Assembly: GCA_018398765.1 (NCBI GenBank)
Contig: JAHBMJ010000360.1
Span: 1 to 49,273 of the forward strand
Reading direction: 5' to 3'
Length of the DNA: 49,273 bases
Source of the DNA: Chromera velia
Taxonomy: Eukaryota
The notes below the pieces were generated by a model. It made no database searches. It was not told the DNA's origin and was given only the letters and a program-made list of their open reading frames with translations. Positions within the stretch are counted from its first letter, which is position 1, and each line of letters opens with the position of its first letter. Below, one piece after another: positions 25,158 through 37,085 of this stretch. Both the position numbers and the translations under genes were made by a program.

Positions 25158-28082
25158 GATCCCCCCCGGCCACAGACAGGAAAATTGCGTCCTCACGATC
25201 AGTCAAACACATCCGAGCATGCGCGAAAAGGAAAAAGGAGGCGAGTGAAAGAACACGAGCAACCAGACGCAATGTAAACCTATGTAACCAAGAAAACACT
25301 GACACTTCAAAGCATGCAGTCGAAAAAATGAAATCTCAAGCATCCACGCACCATAACAGAGGCATTGTAAGAAAACACAGACACAGAAATCGCTTCGGTA
25401 CCTAGTGTGGCACCGTCATATATATTGAGACAGTTATTCATAATCAACCGACTCTCAAGCGGAAGCTGACAAGCAGAAAAATTTCCACTCAGTGACGGAA
25501 GTCAATCAGATTAAAGGGTACAAACACAAACAGGCTTACAATGAAGAACCTCTTCCTTTTTTCATCTATCTGCACTAGAGGTACTCCTACTAGGTAGTAC
25601 TATTACCACTACCTCGCTGACAATGCTAGCCCGCTAGGTCTTTCCTCAAAAAACCTGTTTTAGGGACGTTGGCTTGCTCGTGGCCTGTAAAAGCACACCA
25701 TCTCTACCTGACGGCAGAACCCGAGCTTCCCAATACAAGGTCTTATGTTTCCCCAGCTTTCCATTAACCTCTTAGATCTCTGTAAAAGAAAGCACGAGAC
25801 GGAAACGCTGGACAGAAAGAGCGATAGAGAGCAAGACACAGCCAGGCCGTTTATACGCATGCATCTCCGTGCCGATTTATGTGCTCATAGTCGTTTACTT
25901 TACTTTTTTTTTTTGTTTTTATCCTCCTCCGTTTTGTTCTGTTACTTCTCACTCCCGCTTTGCTTTCCCCTCTCTGTCTTCTTTCCTCTTCCGGGGCGCT
26001 GGCCTCGTACCAATGCGGCAAAGTCAGACGAGTAAACATGGCTACATAGAGGCAAAAGTAAAAGGATATACACTCTCAACAACACAGTCTGCATGACAAG
26101 AGTTCGTTTCGATGGAGCTAGTAGAAAAGGCAGGCACAGTGAGAAGCCAGAGAAGCAAACGGCCAAAACTGAAAGAAAAAAAGGGCAGACTGGTCGACCT
26201 TTCACAGAGCAACAAACAGACTCAGAGGGACATGTGCGGCCAATCAAAGAAGTCGCGGGTCAAAAGTTCAGGCATACACGAACGTATATACGCACTCCCA
26301 CTACATCAGATCTTCATATTCTAAACCATCCGCGTAAACGGGATGAAAAAGGCCCACGGAAAGCCTCAGAATGAGTAATCCAGAGGGCACCTGGAGGCGG
26401 TAAATCAGAAAGTGGAGACGGTCCAATGTAAAAATTCCAAGAGGGACAGACAAGCTCATTCCAAAAAATCTCCACTCTTTAAACTCCTGTGCAGTTCCGC
26501 CGTTTCCTTTTCCTCTCATTTCTCTTTCATGCCGCCTTTGTTTCCCTTGAAACGAGACGGAAAAACAAAGCTGCACCTCTCACACCTCCGTAGTCTCAAA
26601 ACACGCAGATCGAACACCACCTATGACAGACTGATCGAAAAGAAAGAGGCAGAACCGGCGGAAACAAAGAGGTAGTGAACTCCATTTTCCGACTTCGTTT
26701 CACTTGCTTCCACTTTATCTCTCTCTCTTTCTCAGACCGGCCTGCTGAAAGGAAGCAGGCGATAGACAGAATAGCACGCCTGTAAGAGAACCCCTTCTAG
26801 TTCTCTTTTCTGAATGAAAGTAGACGGGCAGACGGAGGTACGAACAAAACGTGAAGAGACGGAGATTCTGAAACCAGAGGACGGTAGCAAAAAGCCTCAC
26901 GCACACATATGTTCACACACAATGTCATTTATTCACATCCCTTCCTTCTCTCTCTTCTATCTCACTTCCTTCCTGAAGACTGCATGCGCGTCTCTTCGCT
27001 TGTCGTCAACAACACCGTAGATCGACTGAACACACAAGAATAGACATCAACGAATGAACGGCAGCTGGTCAGACCTATCGGAGGGAGACGCCTGGCGGTA
27101 CACCGTCTGGCTCCACGCAGATGCTCGCGCAGAGACGGCTGGCTTCACCAAAGCCCCTATCAACTCCCGTGCTATGAGGGGAAGAGGCGATACCCAGAGA
27201 ACCCAGACTCTGAAAGCCTCTAAAGCACCGGCATCCCCCTGCAGGGAGAAGATGCAGAATGGACACCAAGACATGCACAGGCTGTCCCCTCGCTTTTTCT
27301 CTTTTTTTCTTTCTCGTTCAACAGACATCTCTTTCAAGGTTTCTTCTCTCTTTGCTCTTCTTCTACTCATTCTTTCTCCGCCTTTTCTGGTCTCTTTTTC
27401 TCAAAGAAGGAAACCAGGGATAACCCGAAACGTTTCAAATCAGCAGAAGGAAACGAGAAGGAGACAACAAATGAAAGCGCCCCCTCGTATGCTCATGCTG
27501 TCAGCCACACGAGGGGTCTGACTCCGAAGCCACGTACAAAACAAAGCCAAGAGAAGCCACGAGCAAAGAACGGTCACTCTTCTAAAGGGAGTTCCAGAAG
27601 TTCCGAATGTGCGGCACATGCGGCGCTCGACTTATCGTTCCCGCAGTCCGCCTCTTTGACGCTCAGCTTTGCAATGAGCTTAATCCTTCCCCCGAGTTCA
27701 GTGCAGGGGCGCAAGGGTGGTCCCAGGCAGTCGTGGGCATGCACAGGCATAAACGCATGGTGGCGGCAATCAGGCAGTCCTTTGCCCGCGTCTCATATAT
27801 AGCTGACGTAGGAGTAGGCAATCGACTTCGAGTTCTCGTTGATAGAAGGGCTTGGCCGTCTCATCGAGCACAAACACATTTCGTACGTGTCAGTGGCTGC
27901 ATAAAGAGAGAGAAGGAAAGGACCGGACATATTGCAGACTGCCCTGCTGGTCTTTTTCTATCTCGCCTCTTCTTTTTATCCCATTTCATCCCCTTGCTGA
28001 ACTCTCAACTCTGGATAAAAGACGCTCCAGTCACACTTAGTCGCTAGTACTTTGCATGCTCTCGGCCAGCCTCGATTCGATT

Positions 28083-28255
28083 CGCCCCCCCCACCCCAAA
28101 GCAACCCCCCTCTCCCCCTGTTTCCCCCCTTTTTTCTCTCCCCTTCCCTTCCCTTTTATCCCCCCTTTTCACCCCCTCTTCCCCCTTCCCCCCCCTTCTC
28201 CCTTTTCCAGTCCCCTTCCCTTCCCTTCTCCCACGACCCCCCCTTGCCCTTCCCT
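28083..28255. repeat. C-rich polypyrimidine tract (CnTn runs; G-quadruplex-prone on the minus strand)
   Basis: About 170 bp almost entirely of C and T runs. Confidence 0.85.
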
Positions 28256-29238
28256 GTCAGCTAAAAATGTGCCGGCGCCGGTGAGAGATGAGGCGGCAGC
28301 TGCCATGTACACTACTCTGTCTCTCAGTAGGTCTGCCGCGACCTTTCTGCCTCTCTTGCCGTCGAGGGCAGGCTTGATGTCATTTTGTACCCCTTCCTTA
28401 CTTCCCCCTCCTTCCTACTCCAAGCTCGCCGCGTCGGGGTCCCAGAGCAGAAGGCCTTCTCCGGCTGGCACACCGGCCGTCACTACCTTGGTCCATGTGG
28501 TACGCCGCTACCTGTCCCTTCTGTCTGTATAACATGTAAGCAGAGTCTCATGTACCCGATCAAACGGCCATGTATTGAGTGATCCATACGACTGTCATAC
28601 CCGGATAACCAGAAGCGACAAGCTCACTCTTGAAAGAAAATGGCAGCATTGCAGACACATGGAGAGACGAAGGGCGTCTTCTTATGTTTAGACGCTGTCG
28701 GAGGACCAGTCCAGACAGATTCAAACACGCTGGAGGTGTTTGCAGGCCACGAAGGTGGTCAGCTTCACGCAAACAAGCAAGCAACCAATAGCAAAGATAA
28801 GTGAAGGTAATCAGCCGACACTTGTCCAGAAGACAGAGACAGTTACAGAATCAAAAGGCATAAGAAAAGCACTCTACTGGCTATTTGAATTGCGATCTGC
28901 TTGTAGGCGGCATTCTCAATGAAATCAGGCTCCTCGAAGTCCCGAGCAACACCAAGCAACGTCTCCACTATCGGCTTTGGCGACCTCCAATGATCTTCGG
29001 GGTCTCCACCTAAGGACAAAGGCAAAGTTCAGGATCAGGCTCGAAAGAGATCTCCGAAAGAGGATTCCAGGCAGCTTGGGATACAAGGGGACACTAAATT
29101 CCCCCACTCACGGTCTTTGCCTAACCATGCCCGTATCGTTGCAATCAGCTTTCAACGGTTGCGTAAAAGGACACATCTGATCTCTATCACAGAAGGAAAA
29201 CGAGAGTCGACACTCATCGAGCTGAGCGTTCACCACAA

Positions 29239-29706
29239 TGCTTTGTTTCTCCTGTCCGGCCACCTTATGGCATCCAGACAGAAGGTAAAGTGAGGACAAG
29301 AACCCTAGGAAAGATGTGGAGAAGGAACGTGAGCAACATTAACTTAGGCAACAGTTTACAGAAGGTTTAGCTCTAGCGCGATCTAAGATTCCAATCAGCT
29401 GGATTTATTCTATCATTGCACAATTTCTACTTATGCTTCTCTCTGTTCCTCTCTCTCAGAGTCTCAGACTCCCGATCTATGACAAACAGACATTAGCTTC
29501 AAACGATCCTATCTGTTGCTCAAGTGACATGTTGCTTGAATATGAACATTGCAAAGGTCAGACCAGGTCAGACTCGACTTTAATCGACGCGCGCGCGACA
29601 CGTACGAAGCAAAGCGCGGCGGCAGAATATGGCGTGGCACGCTGGCTCACTCAGTTACGGCGCATGCGAAGGCTTAAAGGGCGGCGCCACAGGGTAGGAC
29701 TCCACA
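29239..29706 (-). repeat. LTR copy 2 (5' LTR)
   Basis: tgctttgtttc...ggactccaca; same length as copy 1. Confidence 0.9.
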
Positions 29707-29790
29707 CGTATTCTAAAATATTCAGAATACATAAAAATTTGCTTATACTGGATGACGTTGGACGACGTTGGAAAACCCTCGCCAATGAGG

Positions 29791-30220
29791 GGCTATGTAA
29801 AAATTCATTTGAGTGTCAGTGGCACACAAATGTGGTTTAGGGGGGGGNNNNNNNNNNNNNNNNNNNNNNNNNNNNNNNNNNNNNNNNNNNNNNNNNNNNN
29901 NNNNNNNNNNNNNNNNNNNNNNNNNNNNNNNNNNNNNNNNNNNNNNNNNNNNNNNNNNNNNNNNNNNNNNNNNNNNNNNNNNNNNNNNNNNNNNNNNNNN
30001 NNNNNNNNNNNNNNNNNNNNNNNNNNNNNNNGGGGGGGGGGGGGGTCTTTGCGTGCCAGTTAAGCAAAAATAACCGTTCTTCTCCACTATCAACACACAT
30101 TTCTAAGTCAAAAAAACTGGGTTTTCAATTTTTTTGGGGGGTTGCGTACCGATGTGGTGGAAGGTAGGGGAGGGGGGGGTCTTGTGTGCCACTGACATTC
30201 AAATGAATTTTTACATGGCC
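29791..30220. mobile_element. Short foldback/MITE-like element spanning an assembly gap
   Basis: 39-bp inverted repeats at 29791-29829 and 30182-30220 (GGCYATGTAAAAATTCATTTGARTGTCAGTGGCACACAA). Flanks TGAGG and TGTGG give only an imperfect TSD. N gap at 29848-30031. Confidence 0.6.
29848..30031. other. Assembly gap flanked by G runs
   Basis: N run. Confidence 1.
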
Positions 30221-30334
30221 TGTGGAGGCTGAGTACTGTGGAGCTTTCCACCAGCATCTTGACCTTCGAATATGTAACAACCCCGAAAAGTATGCCCATC
30301 CCTGGCCCCATCGAAAAATAAACTCGTGAATAGG

Positions 30335-30851
30335 CAGAGTATCCAATTAGGTTTTAACCTAACCTAACCTAACCTTGAAGTCAAAAAAACTTAGGTTAGG
30401 TTCAAGTCACAGTTATTAACCTAGGTTACTAACCTAAATTGCAATGATACGATTCTTACAGATATGAAATATGATTATATTAAGTGATACCAATCATATC
30501 ATAGTTTTATATATATTTTTACAGCTTTATACAGCGTTATATTAAGTTAGAATATGTAAAACACTTTTTAAATTAAAGATAAATGTTTTAAAGTATATTT
30601 ATTTTATGTTGTTTTTAACTGAAATATGATATTTAAAAGCTTGATTCAACATAACATTCAAAAAGTTGGTTTTTACTAGTGTGAAAGTCAGTTTTTGAAT
30701 GAAAAACAACATTTTTACTGATATAAACTTAATTTTTTTGTCTGTGCTGTCCATAATCCTCTGAGTAGGTTTCTAACCTAAACCTAACCTAAAACCTGAA
30801 CTAACCTTAATCTAAGCCTCCTAACCTAACCTAACCTAATTGGATACCCTA
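30335..30851. mobile_element. 517-bp hAT-type MITE
   Basis: Ends CAGAGTATCCAATTAGGTT and AACCTAATTGGATACCCTA (YAG..CTR). Exact 8-bp TSD TGAATAGG at 30327-30334 and 30852-30859. Subterminal (AACCT)n arrays. Confidence 0.9.
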
Positions 30852-31017
30852 TGAATAGGGCTATTATATGAATGATCAATATTTTTTTTAGTGATATTTT
30901 TTTAAAAAAACTGGCTTTTAAACATTAAATGTTGAAATTAATGAAATGCTATGTACACTTCTTTGTCTGAACTTCTTCAGGTTCTGATTGTTAGTTAGTT
31001 AGTTAGTTAGAGGATGC

Positions 31018-31350
31018 CTAACCCCTTTCATGGTGAAGACCCATGTCATCACACGCCGCTGCGTACCCGATCTCGTCTTCTTCTCCGACGAACTCACCCC
31101 CGTTGTCTGTCCGAACGACAAGGGGCTTTCCGAAACCGCGAACCTGCCATCTTCGCACCCACTGACGAAGGTGCCGCACTGCGTGGCGCTTTCTGCGAAG
31201 TGCAGAGAGAGAAACTTTCTTGACCCCGCCACAAACGATCACCGAAATGTAGCGAAAACCTCCCACACCTTTCGTCCGCATTGTTGTTGTATCATCAAGC
31301 ATGCAATAAGCTGCAATTTCTTCATGAAAACCAAGAACACAGCCAAGGCA
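31018..31350 (-). pseudogene. rve integrase core fragment (Copia-like spacing), lacking the third catalytic residue
   Basis: CLGCVLG (CxxC of the HHCC finger), LDD..GVGGFRYISVIV..LRRK and GKPLVVRTDNGGEF..ACDDMGLHHE. Confidence 0.75.
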
Positions 31351-32307
31351 CTGCAAAACTACACAGACGCATACAGGCGCACACCCATAATCAACAATTA
31401 CACCGCACCGCAAGGTATTAATCTAAATCAGCGGGATACGGAAATGCGAATGAGAAAGGGGCGAAGGAAGGATTGAAAGAAAAAAGTGATGCGGAAAGAA
31501 ACCGCGTTTAGTGTACTACAAACTGCAATAAACTGCAGAAGAAGAAGAAAAAAAAAACTCAGCCGATCAAGAAATCGACAAATCGACGCACACAGAAGGA
31601 AAGAGAACTGAAGGGTTCAGTAATCGTACCAACAGTCAATCATTTCTACGCAAACACACTTTCCGGGCCCCCGTCTTCCCTTCTGCATGCACACTGCCTC
31701 TCGCAGCTCTCCCTCCTTCCCTTGACAACGCCCCCCCGCTTTTTCAAACCCCGCACGCAAGTGTGCCACAACCCCAAAAGCCACAATTTCAAGACAACCG
31801 TGCCTGGACGGACTGCCCACTTCAAATCGGGAGAGGGATCCGATCAAAAATAAATTCAACAAGCTCCCACTGCGGCTCAATGTAGGAGGCCAAGAAAATC
31901 GAAATTTCGCAGAGGACGTGGGGACCAAAATTTTTCGATGCTCGATCTCTATTTCGAGGCAAGCCGTCAGATTGGGTACGTGTATTTCGAGGGCTTCTGA
32001 CGCATGCGCGAGCGCAGGTAGAATCGAGTCAAAGGCAACACCCTGCTACACTATTTGCAGGGGACCTCTGACCAAGTCGCCCGCAGGCTCAAGAGTGCAC
32101 GAAAAGTGGCCATTCTTGCATTTTGCTTTGTGGTCTTTGAGACGTCAATCTCTGTCCCGATTATAAAATCCGAATAGTCTGCATTGGCGAGCCGAGTCGG
32201 GTCGGATCTCTCTGCCTGCCTTTGAGCCTGACGGGCTGTTCTCCACCGGTCCAACTTTTTTTGTCCTTGTGTTCTCTCGACAATTGTTTGTCTGTCCGTC
32301 TCTCTTT

Positions 32308-35300
32308 CTATGCTTCTGCTGGCTTCAGTGCGGCATCAGGTCCGTTATCTTCTTTCCCCCCGCCCGTTTTCTCTTTCTCTTCCTCGTCCTCTGTCTTCTC
32401 TTCCCCACCCCCCACACAGTCTCGAGGAACATTCCGGAGCACTGAACTTGCCGTGCGAGTAGGTCCGAAACCCGCAGAAGAGGAAGCGGAAATCTCGGGA
32501 GGTCCAGGGGACACCAAAAAGGAATCTGGGTACTCTTCTCTATCAAAATTTCTTTCGACCGACTGCGTTTCTAATCGTTCTTTGTCTCTCCTTTCCTCCC
32601 CTTTCTCTTTCTCTTGCTGTCTCTCTGTTTTCTTGAAAGAACGGGACGCCGGTTTCGATGGCAGCAGACCCAACTGCCGACGAATCCATGCTTCTCTTTC
32701 CCTCATCTTTGCTTCTGCGTCTGGAGTAGCACCGGGAGGGGAGACTCCGGCTCCAGGTTCCTCTCCATCATTCACACTAGCCCCCCCCCCCGGGGGTTCA
32801 CTGTGGATCCCCACGGCGGACAAACCAACGGAGGCGGAGGAAGAGGAGGAGTAGTGGACAAACTCAGGCTGGCTCCAATTGCTCGCAGAGATGGATGCAG
32901 AGCCAGAGCAGACTGAGGATCCACTACGGTCACTTCTTTCGATCGGCTGACCCTCACTCTGACTCTGCTTCTTCTTCCCACTGCTACTGTGTCTCCTGAG
33001 GGAGGGAGAAGACAGCAGTGAGGCGTTCTGACTTGTCATAAGAAGTCCAGAGTCCGATCTAACTTCCATAGAACGATCGGAACCTTCCTTCTCCTTCCCA
33101 AAAAAGGAGGGAGACGGACGCACGAAATGTCTTTTTGAAGAGGACACACGAGCTCCATGTCGACGCCCAGGACCTGGACCCCTGAACGAGGTCGCCAGGG
33201 ACCACCCAGCGTGTCTCGAGGGTCGGCCGCCCTGGTACAGAGCCGGGCTGTAGTGCTCCTGCAAGCAGAGACGGATAAAAAGAACAAGTGACCTTTAGAA
33301 TGATCGTGTATGAACTTAGCATCGAAAAAAGACTTTCCTCGGATAAGCGTAGGAAAAAGAGACAGAGAAAACTAGGTAGGGTACAAAGGCAGAGAAGGCG
33401 AGAAGGAAAAGGTCCCTCAAAGAAAAACATCAAGTCAATATGCGACAGACACAAGGAGCTCCCGGTCTGTTTGAGCCCTGCTTTCCTTCTTCCCCTGCAT
33501 GGTTTCCTTCCTCTCTTTGATCTTACCAACCTGAATCGGAGGAAGCAGACACGTGAGAGATCCTGCGAAGGGCATCGATTTGCGCTGCCGCCTTCGTCTG
33601 CTTTGCCTGACAAGGGTCAACGGATTGGAATGAGCAACCCCCCCTCCTCCCTCCCCTCCCCCACTGAGCGCCCCCCTATCCTTCAGGTCCCCCCCCTGTC
33701 CCCTTCCTTTCTGACTGGGACCCTTGGGCGATAGACCGCAAGAAGAAGAAGACCCCAAAGTCGACCTCCCCTGCACAGGCTCTGAGTGCGTCTCCACCCG
33801 GGGAGGCTCGAACGCGTAGTGAAACGAAGTCATGCCGAGGCCCCCAGAGGACCCCGCCTTGGTCCGTCTCTGTTGTCTGGTAAGGGTCAGCGCAGGGGAA
33901 CAGGACCCGACGGCCGACGGATCCACTCTGGATTCAATTTCCAACACCATCTGCAGAGGGACAGAGAAACAGGCAGGCAGGCAGACAGGTAAGCAAGCAG
34001 GCAGACACACGCTGTCAGCCGTTTCCTCGCTTCCTTTCGCCACGACATTCAAAAGGACGCATCGGCAGGCAGACAAACAGTCAGACAAGAGGGTCGGAGA
34101 CAAGGAAGGAAAAAAAGAACACTCAAAGAAAAATGAAAAAAAAAAAATCCGGAAACAAGAATCCTCCACACCCGTAGAGAAAGCAGAGAAAAGCAACAGA
34201 TGACCAAGGAAATGAGGTCGAAAGAAATGCTGCTCGCACACCAACCAACCAACAGACCTACCTGGCTGATGAGCTCTTCAGCAGAAGACTCCAGGGTCCC
34301 CCCGCCCGATCGAAATTTCCCAAGAGCGGAGAGGGTGCCCCGAAGACCGATGCGGGTGGTATCATCACCAGCGTAGGCTTTCGCGATCCCCCCTAACATC
34401 ACAGGCACATCAGGAGGCAAAGCGGGGGGTGAAACTGTGCGCTCGACATTGCTGGGTTGCAGCTCTTGAGCTCTCGGCCCTTCACATCGCCCCTTCTGCT
34501 GCATCACCCCATACCCCTCATGTGCATTCCCTGTCCTCTCCCTGTCTCTTTGGCCTGGAACACCCTGACCGGCATTTCTTTCTTGGCACCCCTGGGCTGT
34601 TTCTCCCTGTGCTGCTACAGGTGGCTGAGGGAAACTGCCTGGGGCGGGCGGAGGAGGAATGGGTAAGGCCCCGACGTTGAACGTCAAAGTGTCGGGATGA
34701 TCCTCTAGGGCCACGCCAAGGCTACAGATCCCCTCTGGATTGGAGACATTCCCTCCGAAGGAAGACACAGGGTGCCTTCTACTGCTGTTTTGTGAATCGA
34801 AAGTCGTCCCCGACTGCAAATTTGGATGCAAGCCGGTCCCTACACCTAGGCTGGAGCTCGAGGGGGGGAAGGGTGTTTGTCTGGAAGATGAAGGAGGAGG
34901 GTGCATGGGTTGATTGAGGAGACCCTGAGGAGCTTGGGTGGCTGCTAAGGGATGGGGGGGGGAACCATAGCCTTCGGAGGGAAATTGAGAGCTGCCAAGG
35001 GCTGTTCCTGCTGCAGGGCCTGAATAAGAATAACGGCTTTCTCTTTCCTTCTCAAGTCGGCTGGTAGAAACCGAAGCAAATCCCGGGGGGGAATTTTGGA
35101 GGAAGCGAGGCCCCAAAATGCCCCCTCCGGAACGACCCCCTTCTGCCGAGGCCCTTCCGTACTGTGGGCTAACACCGCTTTGTGGTTTCTGCTTTGTGGC
35201 GTCGCCCAGAAGAGGGTCCACAGAGTCCACATCCATCAGAGGGGCATGATAGAGAGTCGAGGGACTTGCCGGGGCCCCTGAGGACATCTGCGGGCCCGGA

Positions 35301-37047
35301 TCAGGATCCCGAGCCTCTCCTGCCGACACCCCCCGGAGGACAGAAAGGCCTACTGACCCCTTCACAGGCGCCCGTGACTCTCCATCAGGCACTCGTGATG
35401 CGTTTCGGTTTGTGGGGGTGGACCCCGGCTTGTTGGGGTCTAGTTGCATGTTCAGGTTGGGGTCCCCTACTTGGTCCCTTGTCTGCAAGATGGCATGAAA
35501 GAATAAATTAACTCTATTCCTTTCTGACAAGCATCATTTCGCAGAAATTAAGCGCCTGCCTTCACTTCCTGTCTTGACATACTGCCACATAATTGATGAA
35601 TGCCTGCTGAAAAGTTGCAACTGGTCGCAGACGATAAGCCAAAAGGTGTGCCTGCCTGTTCGATATGAGGAAGGTAGGTTGCACACCAATGTGATACTAG
35701 GCCGTACCTTCTCGCTTACTACCAGACATCCGTAGACGCAAATATGGATGCACGGACCGACCTTCGTTTCTTCCGTTTGCGTTTCTGCTGCAAACCCAGG
35801 CACCCTGTTTAGGTCACCTGGGCCCACTCCAGACGGAAAAATGATTTGAGCAGCCGGATCTCCTGACACGGGTAGTCCAACTACAGGTCCCGGTGAGGGC
35901 CCCGGCATCATGTTCGGATCAGCCGGGCCCGCCCCCAATGGGAAGATTACATGAACAGCCGGATCTGCTGATATCCCTCTTTCGATCGAAGGCCCCGGCA
36001 AGGGCCCCGGCACGATGTTCGGATCGGCCGGATCCCGCCCTGATGGGAAAACGGCTTGAGCAGCGGGATCTTCCGAAACCTCTCTCTCGGCTGCAGGCCC
36101 GGGCCTCATCATGTTTGGATCTCCGGGGCCCGCCCCTGAGGGAAACATGCGAGCAGGCATGACGTCGGGAGGCTCTTCGGAGGTTGCGGTCTGATCCCTG
36201 GGCACCATCAGGTGGGGCGCGGGGTGTTCGGCAGGTTCGTCCTCGGGGGGGCGTGGTTTATTTGAGGACGTAGATTGGGGAGACATGGAGCGAAGCGGCC
36301 CTGTCAATCCGGTCGGCATCTGGGTGTGCATGTGAGGATAAGGATGAGGTTGCGGCAGGATTGGGATAGAGGGCGCTGAAGATGCTCCTGGCTGATGCAC
36401 CCGAGGGCTCTCTCCCCTGTTTCTGTTGGTGAGGTGCACTTCGGATAGTGGGGCCGGGGCATTTGGCGGGATGAGAGAGGGAGACGAGGACAGATCACTA
36501 CTGTGGGTTCTTCCTCCTTCCTCTGCCCCCAGAACGCCTGTCAAATCAAGGGGTCTGAACGGATAGGAGCTCTCGAATAAATCCCATAGACCCACAAAGC
36601 AGGTCACAGGATCGTCTTCGTCCAAAACCGCCAACATATTTGCTGTGGCTGTGGGGTGCGTTGGATCCTCTCTTACCAGGCTGCACGCAAAGAGACAGAC
36701 AAAGTACTCAGACGTGACAGACCGAGGAAGAAATACAAAGATCCGGAGACACGCAGGCACTAAGAGCATGTTCAGAATGATTTATTATCAGGCAGTGTGT
36801 ACGCAGAAGCGCACATGGCAGATCAACACATTCCCTGTGCTGATGGAATGCAAAAAGAAAAGACACGATAGATTTGCGAAACGCAGAAACGGCAAAACAC
36901 TTATCTGATGCCTTCCTTTCTTCTCCTCTTGCCCCCCTTCCATCCTTCCCCGTTGGGCCACGCGAAGATTCATTCAGGAAACAAATCAAAGGAAGACGCA
37001 TTCAACAGCGGTCTGCATATTCCTCTCCAATCACCCTCTCCTCGAAG

Positions 37048-37085
<38 letters not shown>

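Larger units (their letters stand above)
24690..29706 (-). mobile_element. LTR retroelement-like unit, 5017 bp, non-autonomous or heavily decayed
   Basis: Two 468-bp TG...CA direct repeats. Flanks TGTA and CGTA would be a 4-bp TSD with one C>T at a CpG. On the minus strand, TGGTGAACGCTCAGC (PBS-like) starts 3 nt after the 29239 LTR end and GGGGGGGATC (PPT-like) precedes the 25157 LTR start. No RT, RH or IN motif recognised inside. Confidence 0.75.

Noticed and set aside
30356..30840. Telomeric repeat
   Set aside because: Short arrays enclosed by TIRs and an 8-bp TSD.
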